The position numbers were made by a program, and so were the translations under genes. From Scyliorhinus canicula (Eukaryota): 64,000 nt of DNA. Positions 46,791-59,045 of the stretch are shown one piece after another. How positions within the stretch are numbered: position 1 is the first letter of the stretch; each line of letters opens with the position of its first letter. The DNA is taken from the NCBI RefSeq assembly GCF_902713615.1, contig NW_024055453.1, positions 124,001 to 188,000 on the forward strand. Direction: 5' to 3'. The notes under the pieces are model-generated. The model made no database searches and was not told the origin of the DNA. It was given only the letters and a program-made list of their open reading frames with translations.

Positions 46791-49729
46791 ATGAACATCG
46801 ATATGCAGAGAGGCAGATGAAAGGCATTTAAACACCCCACTTGGCATAGAACTGTCAAAAACTCAAAACAGGAGCTTCAGGAAATCAAAGTACTAACCAA
46901 TAGCAAACTGCTCAGTTGTTGGAAGACATTTTTAAAATATAAATTGTTGGACCCCGGTTTGATTCCCATTTGGGTTACTGTCTGTGCTGAATCTGCATGT
47001 TCTCCACGTGTCTGTGTGGGTTTTCTCCAGGTGCTCAGGTTTCCTCCCACAGTCCACAGGTTAGGTGAATTGGACATTTTGAATTCTCCCTCAGTGTACC
47101 CGAACAGTAACTTTATTGCAGTGTAAGCCTACTTGTGACACTATTAAAAAAATTACATTCACTCGGGTTCCAGCCCTCAAGTCTGGTGACAGACCTCACG
47201 GCTCCCTTGCCCTTCTGGCCTCTGGGATCCTCTTGCTGTTGTTTCCCAGGACAATCAGAGTCCACTCTCCTACATTACTCTGTCTGATAGAGTTCAGAGG
47301 CTCAGAGGAGGAAAAAAATGAGGACATGAATCTGAATTCAGAAATACAGTTAAAGAAACATGATTCAATTGATAAACTTAAGGATTTAAGTCAAAGTACT
47401 TGATTGCAATGAATATATTAACTTTGGCTGATACTGATGGGGAATGGAAGCGAATTATGTTAGTTGTTTTATATCTTTCTTCTTTTCTATGATTTTGACA
47501 CATCATCTTTCTCCTTTCTTCCATTTAAATGGTGGACCATGCTACCCAGAATTCCCTGCATAGGCGAATTTTAGTTTAGTTTATGAACAACTCCATATTA
47601 CAAAAGAACAGAGCTGAATACAAAACAATCAGCAATACATAAAAATATCCACAATACACCAAAACTGGATATTCTGAATTCTCCCTCAGTGAACCAGAAC
47701 GGGGGCCGGAATGTGGCGACTAGGGGATTTTCAGAGTAACTTCATTGCAGTTAATGTAAGCCGACTTGTGAAAATAAAAGTTATTGTTATAAAATAGAAA
47801 CCAATGAATAATCAACAATAAAACAAAACCACCAGATTTCAAGCCACCACCACCACACCAGCAGAAATGCTCCCAAATGGGCAGCACAGACCACTGGTAA
47901 AGCACACACCGATATGGGGCACGGCGGAAGAGAGCGAGAAAGAAAGTACACCTCTCCCAAGGAGCACAGTTCAACCTAAAAAACAGTTGTGTGTGTGAAT
48001 ACATCTCTTAATCCAAAAGACTGAATGCACAGGTACAGAAAAGCTGGGCAGACCAATTAAGAGCAGGGTTCAATTAGAATGGGCATTGGATGCAAAGCAA
48101 TTTGGGCTGAAGTGGAGATGGAGGAGATACTGTTGGGTTTTACCCATTTGACTATGATTTAGGAGCAGAAACAGGCCATCCAGCCCTCCAAGACTGTTCC
48201 ACCATTCAATAAAATCAGGGCTGAATTGGTTGTGGTCTCGGTTCCCCTTGCCTGTCTGCACCACCAACCCCTGCACCCAGAACCCTTGTCTCCCTTGTCT
48301 ATCAAAAATCTGTCTATCCCTGCCTTAAATAAATTCAATGCCCCAGCCTCTACTGTTCTCTGGGAAGTGAATTCCACTAACTTCGGGGGGAAAAAATTAT
48401 CCTCATTTTAGCCTTCATGTTCTCCCCATCTCTCATTCTCTTTTTAAAATAAATTTCGAGTACCCAATTATTTCTTCCAATTAAGGGGCAATTTAGCATG
48501 GCCAATCCACCTAACTTGTACATCTTTGGGTTGTGGGGGTGAAACCCACGCAAACAAGGGGTGAATGTGCAAATTCCACACGGACAGTGACCCAGGGTCA
48601 GGATTCGAACCCAGGTCCTCAGTGCTGTAAGCAGCAATGCTAACCACTGTGCCACCGTGCTGCCCCCCCCCCCCTCCCCCCATGTTTAATTCTTAAAGTG
48701 TGTCACCTCGTTCTCGTCTTTCCCACGGGTCCAAACCACAGTGGTCTTGTTGGGTCTGCAAATTTCCAATGCGGGACACTAAAGGGAGGTAGGTTCCAGG
48801 AGAAATTGGTTGTTCAGCAGTCGTTGTTCCAACATTGCTATAGAATACAGCATTGTTTGATTAACAAGTATGTCCATTGAGTGTTTCAAGCTACCAAGGT
48901 GTTCCAAAATACATTTTGGTAGAATTGTAGAATTTCCATTCACTGACGATGGAGGAACAGGGATATATGTCCAACTCAGAATGATGTGTGACTGGAAGAG
49001 GATTTGTAGGTGATGGTGTTTGTCTGCACCGGTGCCCTCGTCTTTGTAGCTGGTGGAGTGACAGGTTCTGTTAATGTCCTGGCAAACTCTTGTGTAGGTT
49101 CAGAGCTGATGGCAGGTACCTTTCCCTGAAGGATATTAACATCGCAGTTGGGTTTTTACAATAATCCAGCAGTTTCATGATCTCCTTTTCTAATGCTGGT
49201 CCCATCGATTCTGCCCAATGTCACAACCTGTCTACTTGTTTTTGTGGCCTCTCTGTGATGCTCCCTTTTTGCTTTCTTAAGACCATATTAAGGAGGTAGA
49301 AAATTTAAGACAGACTTGAGGAGAAACTACTTCTCCCAAATGGTTGTGAATCTGTGGAATTCGCTACCCCAGAGTGCGGTGGATGCAGGGACAGTGAGTA
49401 AATTTAAGGAGAAGTTAGACAGATTTAATTGGTAATGGGGATAAAGGTTTATGGAGAACGGGCAGAACATTGGAGTTGAGGCCACGACGAGATCAGCCAT
49501 GATCAAAATTGAAGGTGTTTAGGCTCTGGATGCTAAATTGCCTACTCCTGCTCCTAGGTCATGTGTTCTAGGGAGGAGATGCTCTAGCTGATTTTGCAAT
49601 CCAGCTCCTGCTCTGCAGATGAGGTGACAGATGAGGAACAGCCATGATAGAATGGCGGATCAGACTCACTTATAATAATAATGGACCAAATGGCCTAATT
49701 CTGCTCCTATATCTTATGAACTTATGAAC

Positions 49730-50300
49730 TGTTTCTTACTCTCAAATTGAGTGAATCCTTTGCTGTTTCTCCTCTGGGCCCCATCTCCACTATTATTGTC
49801 TGATTGTCCCACTGAGACTCTCACTTATTATTGGACAATCAGCCAGTCAGCCTGAGCCTGTGGCCGCTCTCACCATCTGGAACCGTCACAATGCCCGGGT
49901 GATTGACGACAGCTCTGGACCAATAGGAAGAGCATGGGTGGGGCTGGAGGACCGACCGAGCGCTGCTGGTCCTCCAACCAATCGGAGTGAATGAGGGGCG
50001 GGACTGGACTTGATTGAAGCATGCGCACTGTGGGTAATGGCGATGGACAGCAGCTCCTTGTTGAGATCTAAAATCGGAAGACGCAATTGACGGGGCGGAG
50101 GGAGCGAAGAAGCATGTGGTTAGGCGGAAAAGCTCCGTAAACATGTTGTGTGAGCTGCAAATCTGGGAAAAGAGCTTACCTGACCCAATTTGTACCGAGC
50201 GGGGCTGCAGATCCTCATGTTCGACCCGGGTGAACGGCCACCACTTTTATTGGGGTAAAGCGCATGTGGAGCCGCCATCTTTGTTGGAGGCAATGTTTTT
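49730..50300 (+). promoter_or_regulatory. Type-1 promoter cassette and first exon for the 52628 gene
   Basis: CCAAT-IR-CCAAT, GC box, gcatgcgcactgtgggtaatggcg (NRF1/ZNF143-like), gccgccatctt (YY1). Confidence 0.7.
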
Positions 50301-52627
50301 AAAAAAAGAATAATCCTTATCATCACAAGTAGGCATACATTAACACTGCAATGAAGTTACTGTGAAAATCCCCTATCGCCACATTTCAGCGCCTGTTGGG
50401 GTACACAGAGCGTGAATTCAGAATGTCCAAATTACCTAACAGCACATCTTCACACTCTGCACAGACAGTGACCCAAGCCAAGAATCGAACCTAGGACCCT
50501 GACGCTGTGAAGCAACAGTGTTAATCACTGTGCTACCGTAGATTGGCCAAGCTTAATTACTCCTTAATGTCCAGGGATGTGCAGGTTAGGTTCTTGGTTA
50601 TGGGGGATAAGGCGGATGGATGAGAGAATGTAAATGGGTAGAGCGCTCATTCAAAGGGTTGGTGCAGACTCAATGGGCCGAATGGCCTCCTTCTGCACTG
50701 TTCGGGTACACAGAGGGAGAATTCAGAATGTCCAACTCTCCTAACAGCATGTCTTTTGGGATGTGTTGAAGGAGGTGATTGTTTTGGGAGGTATTTGTTT
50801 CCCTACGTTCAGAATGAAGCCAACCATCAATCTACATTAGCCTTTGAGTCCCAACGTCTTATTGTTGAAGCAGAGCAGGAAAAGAAGAGAAAGACGTTCT
50901 GCTTTTCAGTTCTCACTACCTCTTGGGCTATTCTCCTCCATGTGTCCAAAGATCTACGACTGTGTCGAGTCACATGAAGAACCTGTCAAATCTCTCAACC
51001 TACCCTGAGTAAACATCATCCTCGAATAGAGGGACTGCTGATGACATGGAGGGGCAAAGTGTAGCAGGGAGTATGAGCGTTCATCCTGGACCAGGGAGCA
51101 GGAGGAGAGAATGTTGTGAATTTCTATCCTGGACTGCCAGTGATTAATTTTGGAAAATCCTTTTACAGGGGGTTAGAAAGGGAGGATTTACACAAAGCAA
51201 ACTCAAGCCAAGAATAGGTTTACTTTTTTCCTGAATTTCTTGTTTGGACTGACAAAGATGGCTTTTGTAACTTTCATTTTCAGGGTATTAGAAAAGGATT
51301 TGCAGGCAGGAAACACAAGCGAATCCTGACATCGAACTCCTGCAGCATCACTCAATTCATCAGGACCTGGATATTATTGCACTTTCAGTGTAAGCATTGA
51401 GTTCCAAGTCATTACCACTCACTGTAAAATTTCTGCCTCATATCACCCTGTAGATCTTGCTCCAAATCTTAAATCTGTGTCCTGAAATCCTTTTGCAATC
51501 AACTGGAAGGAGCAACGTTTCTTTAACTACTTTACAGAGATCAATCAGAAACTTGTACCTAAATCAATCTCCTTTCTTCCAAGGAGAACAACCGCAGTTT
51601 CTCCAACCTAACATTGCAACTAAAATCCCTCATTCCTGGAACTATTCTGGTAAGTCTCCCCTGCACTCTCTCAAGGACCGTCACATCCTCCATAATATGT
51701 GGTTTGCACAGATCCAGATGTTCTGTCTTCCTGTCTGTGATGTCATCACGCACCGACACTTGCACGGTGACATCACCCCCTGATATTTCCTCAACTAGGA
51801 ACCTTTTCCTCCGACTCCAGAGTTGCTGATATCTATCCAGCTGCAGGCTACAGTGGGACATTTTAATATTGAAAACAATGAAACTGCTTCACAGCTCAGT
51901 ATTTCTGAGCATTTATCAACAATTTTGAGCTTTTAGTGCTCTGCTGTGTTACCTGTGAGGGATTCCATGTCTCTGGAGCTGGTGTGACTCTCAAAAAACA
52001 ATGCAAAACGCCCGTGGAGGGTGAGGGCTACCAGCTTTCGACATATAAAATCCCTTCTTTATCTCTCTCGCTCGCTCTCCCTCCCTCAGAAAACTCAACC
52101 AAGATTCACTTCAAAATCTGACAGTCACTCAGTTCATGAGGACCTAAATGTAAGTGTTTCTGTTTGACCTGTGGTTAAAGATTTAAACATCTGTGCAGCT
52201 GAAAATAGGATAGAGCAAGATTTGCAAACAAGGATGGGAATGTTCCATTGAGATACTGCTTAACCAGGGCCCAATGTAGGTCAATGAGCACAGGGGTGAT
52301 GGGTAAGTGAGTGGGACTCAACTTTGGCAGATTCCCTTCCCTGAAGGACATTCGTGAACCAGTTGGGTTTTTACAACAATCCAGCAGTTTTCGTGGTCAC
52401 TTTTTCTTCGTGCCGGCCCCACAAATGACCAGATTCATTCAGCTCAATTTCACAACTTGCCTTTGTGTTTTTGTGGTTTCTCTCACTCCCTTTATTCTGT
52501 TTCAAATCAATTTCACAGGGTGTTAGAAGAGGAGGATTTGCAGTCAGGAAACTTTAATCGAAAATGATATCAGAATCTGATGGAGACGGCCAATTTATTG
52601 TAACCTAAACATCATCGTAATTTGAAC

Positions 52628-53329
52628 ATGGAAGAAAAAAGCACCGATCACAGTGGGGGGAAACCGTTGATGTGTTCTGTGTATGGACAAGACTTCAGCC
52701 AATCATCTGGCCTTTTGGAACATAATTGCAGTCAGGACAGGGAGATGCCATGGAAATGTGGGGACTGTGAGAAGGGATTCAATTACCCATCCCAGCTAGA
52801 AACTCATCGACGCAGCCACACTGGGGAGAGGCCATTCACCTGCTCTCAGTGTGGGAAGGGATTTACTCACACATCCACTCTGCTGAGACACCAGCGACTT
52901 CACACTCAGGAGAGGCCATTCACCTGCTCTCAGTGTGGGTTGGAATTCAATCGGTCATCCAACCTAGCATTACACCAACGGGTTCACACTGGGGAGAAGC
53001 CGTTCATCTGCTCCCAGTGTGGGAAGAGATTTGCTCACTCATACACCCTGCGGACACACGAGCGAGTTCACACTCTGGAGAGGCCATTCACCTGCTCCCA
53101 GTGTGGGAAGGGATTCACTCATTCAGCCAATCTGCTGAGACACCAACGAGTTCACACTGGGGAGAGACCGTTCACCTGCTCCCAGTGTGGGAAGGGATTC
53201 ACTCAATCATCCCACCTACTTGCACATCGGTATATTCACACTGGGGAGAGGCCATTCACCTGCTCCCTGTGTGGGAAGGGATTCAGTCAGTCATCCAACC
53301 TGCTGAAACACCAGCGAATTCATAAGTAA
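52628..53329 (+). CDS. C2H2 zinc-finger protein, 7 fingers plus one degenerate N-terminal finger
   Basis: Open frame from ATG 52628; acceptor tttcacag/G at ~52518. Confidence 0.88.
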   Translation: MEEKSTDHSGGKPLMCSVYGQDFSQSSGLLEHNCSQDREMPWKCGDCEKGFNYPSQLETHRRSHTGERPFTCSQCGKGFTHTSTLLRHQRLHTQERPFTCSQCGLEFNRSSNLALHQRVHTGEKPFICSQCGKRFAHSYTLRTHERVHTLERPFTCSQCGKGFTHSANLLRHQRVHTGERPFTCSQCGKGFTQSSHLLAHRYIHTGERPFTCSLCGKGFSQSSNLLKHQRIHK

Positions 53330-53449
53330 CTGTTGTGATTGGAATTTGCTGGTGATCATATTCAGGACTGAACCATGTCCATCTGAGTCTGTTTCTGCTT
53401 AATTGAAAAATAACTCCAGCTCAGTTATAGGTGTTAATATAGTTGGTCT

Positions 53450-54170
53450 TTGAAAGAGAGGATTTGCAGTTAGGAAACACAAACCAAACATCATATCAGC
53501 ATCTAACACTTACCGAATTTATCGGAAACTGAATCAGATTTTGAACATAGCAGGAAAAAGCACCGTTCACAGTGGAGAGGAACCGCACGTGTCCTGTGTG
53601 TGGACAAGGCTTCAGCCAATCATCTAGCCTGCCAGTATATAAATGCAGTCACACTGGGAGAAACCATGGAAATGGCGAGACTGTGGGAAGGGATTTGATT
53701 ACCCATCCAAGTTGAAAATCCATCAGTGCACTCACACTGGGAGAGACCGTTCACCTGCTCCCAGTGTGGGAAAGGGCTGACACACTCACACCACTTGCAG
53801 CCACACCAACATTTCTCGCTGGAGAGAGGCTGTTCACCTGCTTCCACTGTGAGAAGGGATTTGCACATTCCTCCAATCTGCTGAGACATCAGTGAGTTCA
53901 CACTGGGGAGAGACCATTTAAATATCCAGACTGTGAGGAGTTTTAAAACAATTCTGGATAACTGATGTCCCCTTAACATGTTCACGCTGTAGAACTGGGT
54001 TCAGACTATCTTCTCGCCTCACTACAGCTGTGAGTTCACACAGGGGAGAAGCCGTTCACCTGCTCCGAGTGTCCGAGGGGATTCACTCGGTTATCCAAAC
54101 TGCTGATGCACCAGCAAGTTCACAAGTGACTTCAGTGATTGGATTTTTATGGTAATCACATCCTGGACTG
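53450..54170 (+). pseudogene. Decayed tandem copy of a ZNF last exon
   Basis: gagaaaccatggaaatgg.., several ggagagaccgttcacctgc linkers with stops and frameshifts, tail cacatcctggactga. Confidence 0.8.
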
Positions 54171-54952
54171 AAACACGTTAATTGGGGTCAGTTGCTGCCG
54201 ATGTTCATAAACTCCAACCTAGCTCTAAGAATTAAATTCTGAATAAAAATCAGTTTGTGTTAATTATAGTGTGTTAAGTCTTATTAATATCGCTAAAACA
54301 AGTTAGTTCCTTTTGAAGGGCTCTCCTCTCCGTCTCCTCCATCCTCATCTCCAACAACAAGCGTGAGGAGCTCGTGGAGTTTGTCACTAAGATTGAGACA
54401 GTCTGATCATCTGTCTCTGCTTTTCCCTCCTTCCACTCGCCCACCGGGCCAGACTGTCTCGGAAGTCCATTTTTATCCAAGGTCTTTGACTCCATCATCT
54501 TTGCAAGTGGACTTGTAATAGTTTTGATAAAGAAAGAAATTACAGGAAGTTTTAATGTCAGAATAAAGGACAAAAGAGTGTCCAGTTCAGGTTCAAAGAT
54601 GGGTAATATTAGCATTGAAACATTAACTCTGTTTCTCTCACCACAGATGCTGCCTGACCTGCTGAGATTTTCCAGAACTTTCTGTTTTGATGTCAGTGAG
54701 CTTTTAAAATAGCTTAATACACAGGTCAATAATTTTCTCCACAAAGCAGCGAGCGCCTCTGAAGCATCCAACTGCATCCATTAATCTCTCGGATTACTAC
54801 AGCAGATATTCATTGTTCTGGCTCAGCCAGCCTGACTGTGGAATTAATTGGATGGATGTTTCAAAGAGCCACCACTGGTATATTAGGCCGAATGGTTTCA
54901 ATCTGTGCTGTATCATTCTGTAAAACAATGAATATTCCATAGGAATAGGCTC

Positions 54953-55172
54953 GGGCAGCAGGGTGGCGTAGTGGTTAGCACTGCTGCCTCATGGCACCGA
55001 GGTCCCAGGTTTGATCCCGGCTCTGGGTCACTGTCCATGTGGAGTTTGAACATTCTCCCCATGTTTGCGTGGATCTTACCCCCACAACCTAAAGATGTGC
55101 CAGGTAGGTGGATTGCCATGGTAAATTGCCCCTTAATTAGAAAAATGAATTGGGTACTCTAAATTCATAAAA
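54953..55172 (+). mobile_element. Short A-tailed SINE
   Basis: Same head and tail as 1419. Confidence 0.8.
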
Positions 55173-55374
55173 AAGGAATAGAAGTCGGCCATTCATTTGA
55201 TTTATTGTCACATGCACTGAAGTACAGTGACAAGTATTTTTCTGCGGCCAATTATTTGTGTTAAATACTGTGTGTTGAGTCTTTTTAATATCTCTAACCT
55301 AAGTTCTCCCTCTGCCCTGTTCCTCCACCTTCACCCCTGTGGCTTCTCCTGTGGCTTCTTTGTCACTCAGATTG

Positions 55375-55597
55375 GGCAGGGTTTTCCGGTTCTCCTGTGG
55401 CTTCTTTGTCACTCAGATTGGGCAGGGTTTTTCGGTTCTCCTGTGGCTTCCCATTGGCCACAGGCAGGATCTTCCAGTCCTGTCAAAGTCTACGGCCTTT
55501 TGCATGGTTCACCCGTCCTGCCGCATGGGACCACGCCGCAAGGCGGTTGGTGAGTCTGGAAGATCCAACCAGCGGTAAGGGCTGGAAAATTCCACCC
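55375..55597. mobile_element. Small MITE with ~14-bp TIR and 3-bp TSD; left end duplicated (46-bp tandem)
   Basis: att-gggcagggttttcc ... ggaaaattccaccc-att. Confidence 0.5.
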
Positions 55598-55874
55598 ATT
55601 GAAACAATCGGATTCTGTTCATTCTAATAATCTTTATGACTGTCACAAGTAAGCTGACATTAACACTGCAATGAAGTTACTGTGAAAATCCCTGCTCCTC
55701 CTCTTCCACTAAACAACTCAGTAAAATTGCCTCAAGTCCTTTCTTGCCAAAGTTCTGAACTCACATCTTTCCCCTCTTTTCCTGCTGTCTCCCATCATGC
55801 TCTCTCAGAGCTCATCTTGTTTGTGAAACTCACCCATTGCTCCTTTGACCTGATTCGCACTAAACTGCCGAACA

Positions 55875-56620
55875 GCCACTGCCACAATCTCCATGTTTCC
55901 ATGGTATCTCCATGGAGTCAGTGTCTTTGTGCCTCTCCTCTTTTGACAATCAGTTGAAGCTCGGCCACACACAAAACACATGGATGGTTTCTCCCGGCAG
56001 TGAATGGTGTGATCTTTCCTTCAGGCTGTGTAACAGGTTAAAGCTCTTTCCACAGTCAGTTCACTGGAACTCTCTCACTCGGGTGTGTGTTGTATAGGTC
56101 TCGGTGCTTTTCCAGTCACAGTGATGTTTCCACAGTCAGTTCACTGGAACACACTCGCTTGGGTGCGTGTCTGTCTCGGTGATTTTCCAGTCACATTGAT
56201 GTTTCTACAGTCATTTCACTGGGACACTCTCACTCGGGTGTGTGTTGTGTGGGTCTCGGTGCTTTTCCAGTCACACTGATGTTTCCACAGTCAGTTCACT
56301 GGGACACTCTCACTCGGGTGCGCGTCTGTTTCAGTGTTTTTCCAGTCATGCTGATGCTTGAATATTTTCCCACAAAGGAAACTTTCTCATTCCACATTCA
56401 TAGTCTGAGGATATTCAGGTCCTGATTAACCGAATTACATTGTCGGTGCTTGATGTGATATTTGATTTGTGTTTCCAGTCTGAAAGTCCTCTCCTAATGC
56501 CCTGTAACTGAAATTCAGAGCAGACAATTCCAGTTTCTGGGTAACATTTTTCCTCTCTTCTTTCCCCAAAGCTGTAAATCCCTGTCCCGCACACTCCTCC
56601 CTCCTCCCTGGGGCTGAAAT
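55875..56620 (-). pseudogene. ZNF remnant: 5' modules, amplified dead finger, MEIPWKHGDCG, then truncated by an L2 fragment
   Basis: Matches 3650-4150 and 41200-41710. Confidence 0.75.
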
Positions 56621-56919
56621 CAAATACAATGTTCGATAATCCTTTCTGTACCTTTTTAACCACATTTATATAATCAGAGGTGAGAATATGCTTTATAATT
56701 CACTTCATTGATGACTTGTGAGAGACATTAATCTGAATGTGCAAACGTCACACAGTGACCTGGGGCTTGGATCGAACCCAGGTCCTTAGTGCCATGCAGT
56801 AATGCCTATTGAGGGATAAATATTAAGCACTAAACAAGGGAGAACTCCACTGCTCTTTGGAATAACATCATGGGAACTTTTATACCCAACTGAGAGGGCA
56901 GATGGGGCCAGAGTTTGAT

Positions 56920-58075
56920 TGATTGATTTATTGTCACGTACCAAAGTACAGTGAAAAATATTTTTCTACGGCCAAGGGAATGTACTCAGTACATACGCAG
57001 TAGACAAAAAGAATAATTGACAGAGTCACATTGACAAATGGTACGTTGACAAACAGTGATTGGTTGCAGTGCGGAACAATTGCCAAACAAAGAAAATACA
57101 TGAACAAGAGCAGCATAGGGCATTGTGAATAGTGTTCTTACAGGAAACAGATCAGTCTGAGGGAGCGTTGTTGAGAGTCTATTAGCTTTAGGGAAGACAT
57201 TGTTCCTATATCTGGATGTGCAGGTCTTCAGACTTCTGTATCTTCTGTCTGATGGAATGGTCTGGAAGAGGGCGAACCCTGGGTGGGTGTGGTCTCTGGC
57301 AATGCTGACTGCCTTCTTGAGGCAGCAGGAGGTGTAGACAGAATCAATGTGTGGGTGGCACGCTTATGTGATGCGTTGGGCTGAGTTCACCACACTATAT
57401 TTTCTTGTGATCTTGGACCGAGCGTTTGCCATACCCGGCTGTGATGCAGTCGGATAGGATGCTCTCTATCGCACATCTGTAGATGTTTGTGATAGTCGAT
57501 GCAGAAATGCCGAATTTCTTTAGCTTCCGTAGAAAGTAGAGACGTTGTTGGGCTTTCTTGACTGTTGCATCATCATGAGTGGACCTGGACAGACTTGGTG
57601 ATGGTGACCCCCAGGAACTTAAAGCTATCGACCATCTCCACTTCAAAGCCATTGATGTAGATGGGGGCATGTGTCGTATTACAATTCCTGAAGTCGATGA
57701 TCAGTTCCTTGGTCTTTCTGTCTTTTAGAGAGAGGTTGTTTTCGGTACACATGCAACCATGTGATCTATCTCCCTTCTGTTGACTGACCCGTCGTTATTT
57801 GAGATTAGTCTTGTCGGGATAATGGTGTTGAAGGCGGAGCTGTAGTCTATGAACACATCTGATGTAGGTGTCCTTGTTGTCAAGGTGCTGAGTGTTGATT
57901 GTAGGGCCAAAGAGATCGCATCTGCTGTCGACCGATTGCAGCGCTAGGGGAGCTGCAATGGATCAAGACCGTCTGGGAGGCTGGCATTGATCCGGCCCAT
58001 GACTAGACATTCGAAACATTTATTGATGTCAGATTATAGAGCCACCGGTCGGTAGTCATTGAGGCAGGCTGCCTT
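56920..58075 (-). mobile_element. Rex1/Babar LINE 3' portion
   Basis: NDYRPVAL, FIDYSSAFNTIIP, KKAQQRLYFLRKLKKFG, IESILS.CIT; tail gtgacaataaatcaatcaa. Confidence 0.85.
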
Positions 58076-58519
58076 ATTGAGGAACAGACTGGGAACAAGT
58101 TGTTTTAGATCGAGTATTATGTAATGATAAAGGGTTAATTGATAATGTTGCTGTAAAAGAACGTTTAGAGATGTGTGACCAGATTATGGTAGACTTACAT
58201 ATTTCAATCTGCAGCCAGGGTATTAAATTTGAACAAAGGAAATTATGAAGGTTTAAAGGACAAATTAGATGTGGTGGATTGGGGAAAATGCATTAAAAGG
58301 TGTGACGGTACACAGGCGATTGATCGACTCCATAATTATTACATTGTTTATATTCCTTCAATACACAAGAACCCAAAAAGGTCAGTCACCTGTGGCTACC
58401 AGAGGAAGTTCAGGGTTTAGTCACCAATTTGCCCCAGAATGAGAAGAGGAATGGAAAGGGGGAAACACTGATTTCCTCCCAGATGTTGCTGAGAGGCAAT
58501 TTCATTGTTCAACTTCCGT

Positions 58520-58885
58520 ATTGTGGCGTCACAATGGAATCCTGCCTGAATCAGCCAATAGAAATCACTCTGCTCCGTGGTGACGTCTTCAGGTTCCAAA
58601 GCGCAGGCCTAGCCCCGCCCCCACCCATCTCGGACACGACTTCACGCATCCGGCTGCCGCTACGGTGATCGCCCCTCCCCCCGTGACTTGCGACTGCGCA
58701 TGTCCAAGGGAGAGGGTAAGCTGCGGGTTATCCCCCGAGCTGCATGCTGAGACATTGGCCAATGGGAAGTGTTGGAGGACCGGAAGGACTCTGGTCCTCC
58801 AGTCAATCAGCGCGGTCTTTGTGTAAATGAAAATTGAGCTGGACAGACTGATACTTCCTCCTGTGAGCAACATCTGTGAGTAAAA
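58520..58885 (+). promoter_or_regulatory. CpG-island promoter / first exon for the 62042 gene, with a compact type-1 cassette
   Basis: CCAAT boxes, gtgacgtc, ccccgccccc, tgcgcatg, tggaggacc-N11-ggtcctcca, donor ct/gtgagt at ~58876. Confidence 0.65.
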
Positions 58886-59045
58886 CACTTTTCTCCCGCT
58901 TTCTATTTGTTTTCTCATTTTGGGCTTCAATTGTTAACTTGCAGGAATTGAAGGGAAAGGAATGACTCTGCACCGACTCTCAGAAAGAGCATCCTACCTC
59001 GGCCCATGCCCGCTCCCCTGTAAGCCCACCTAACCTTTTGGACAT

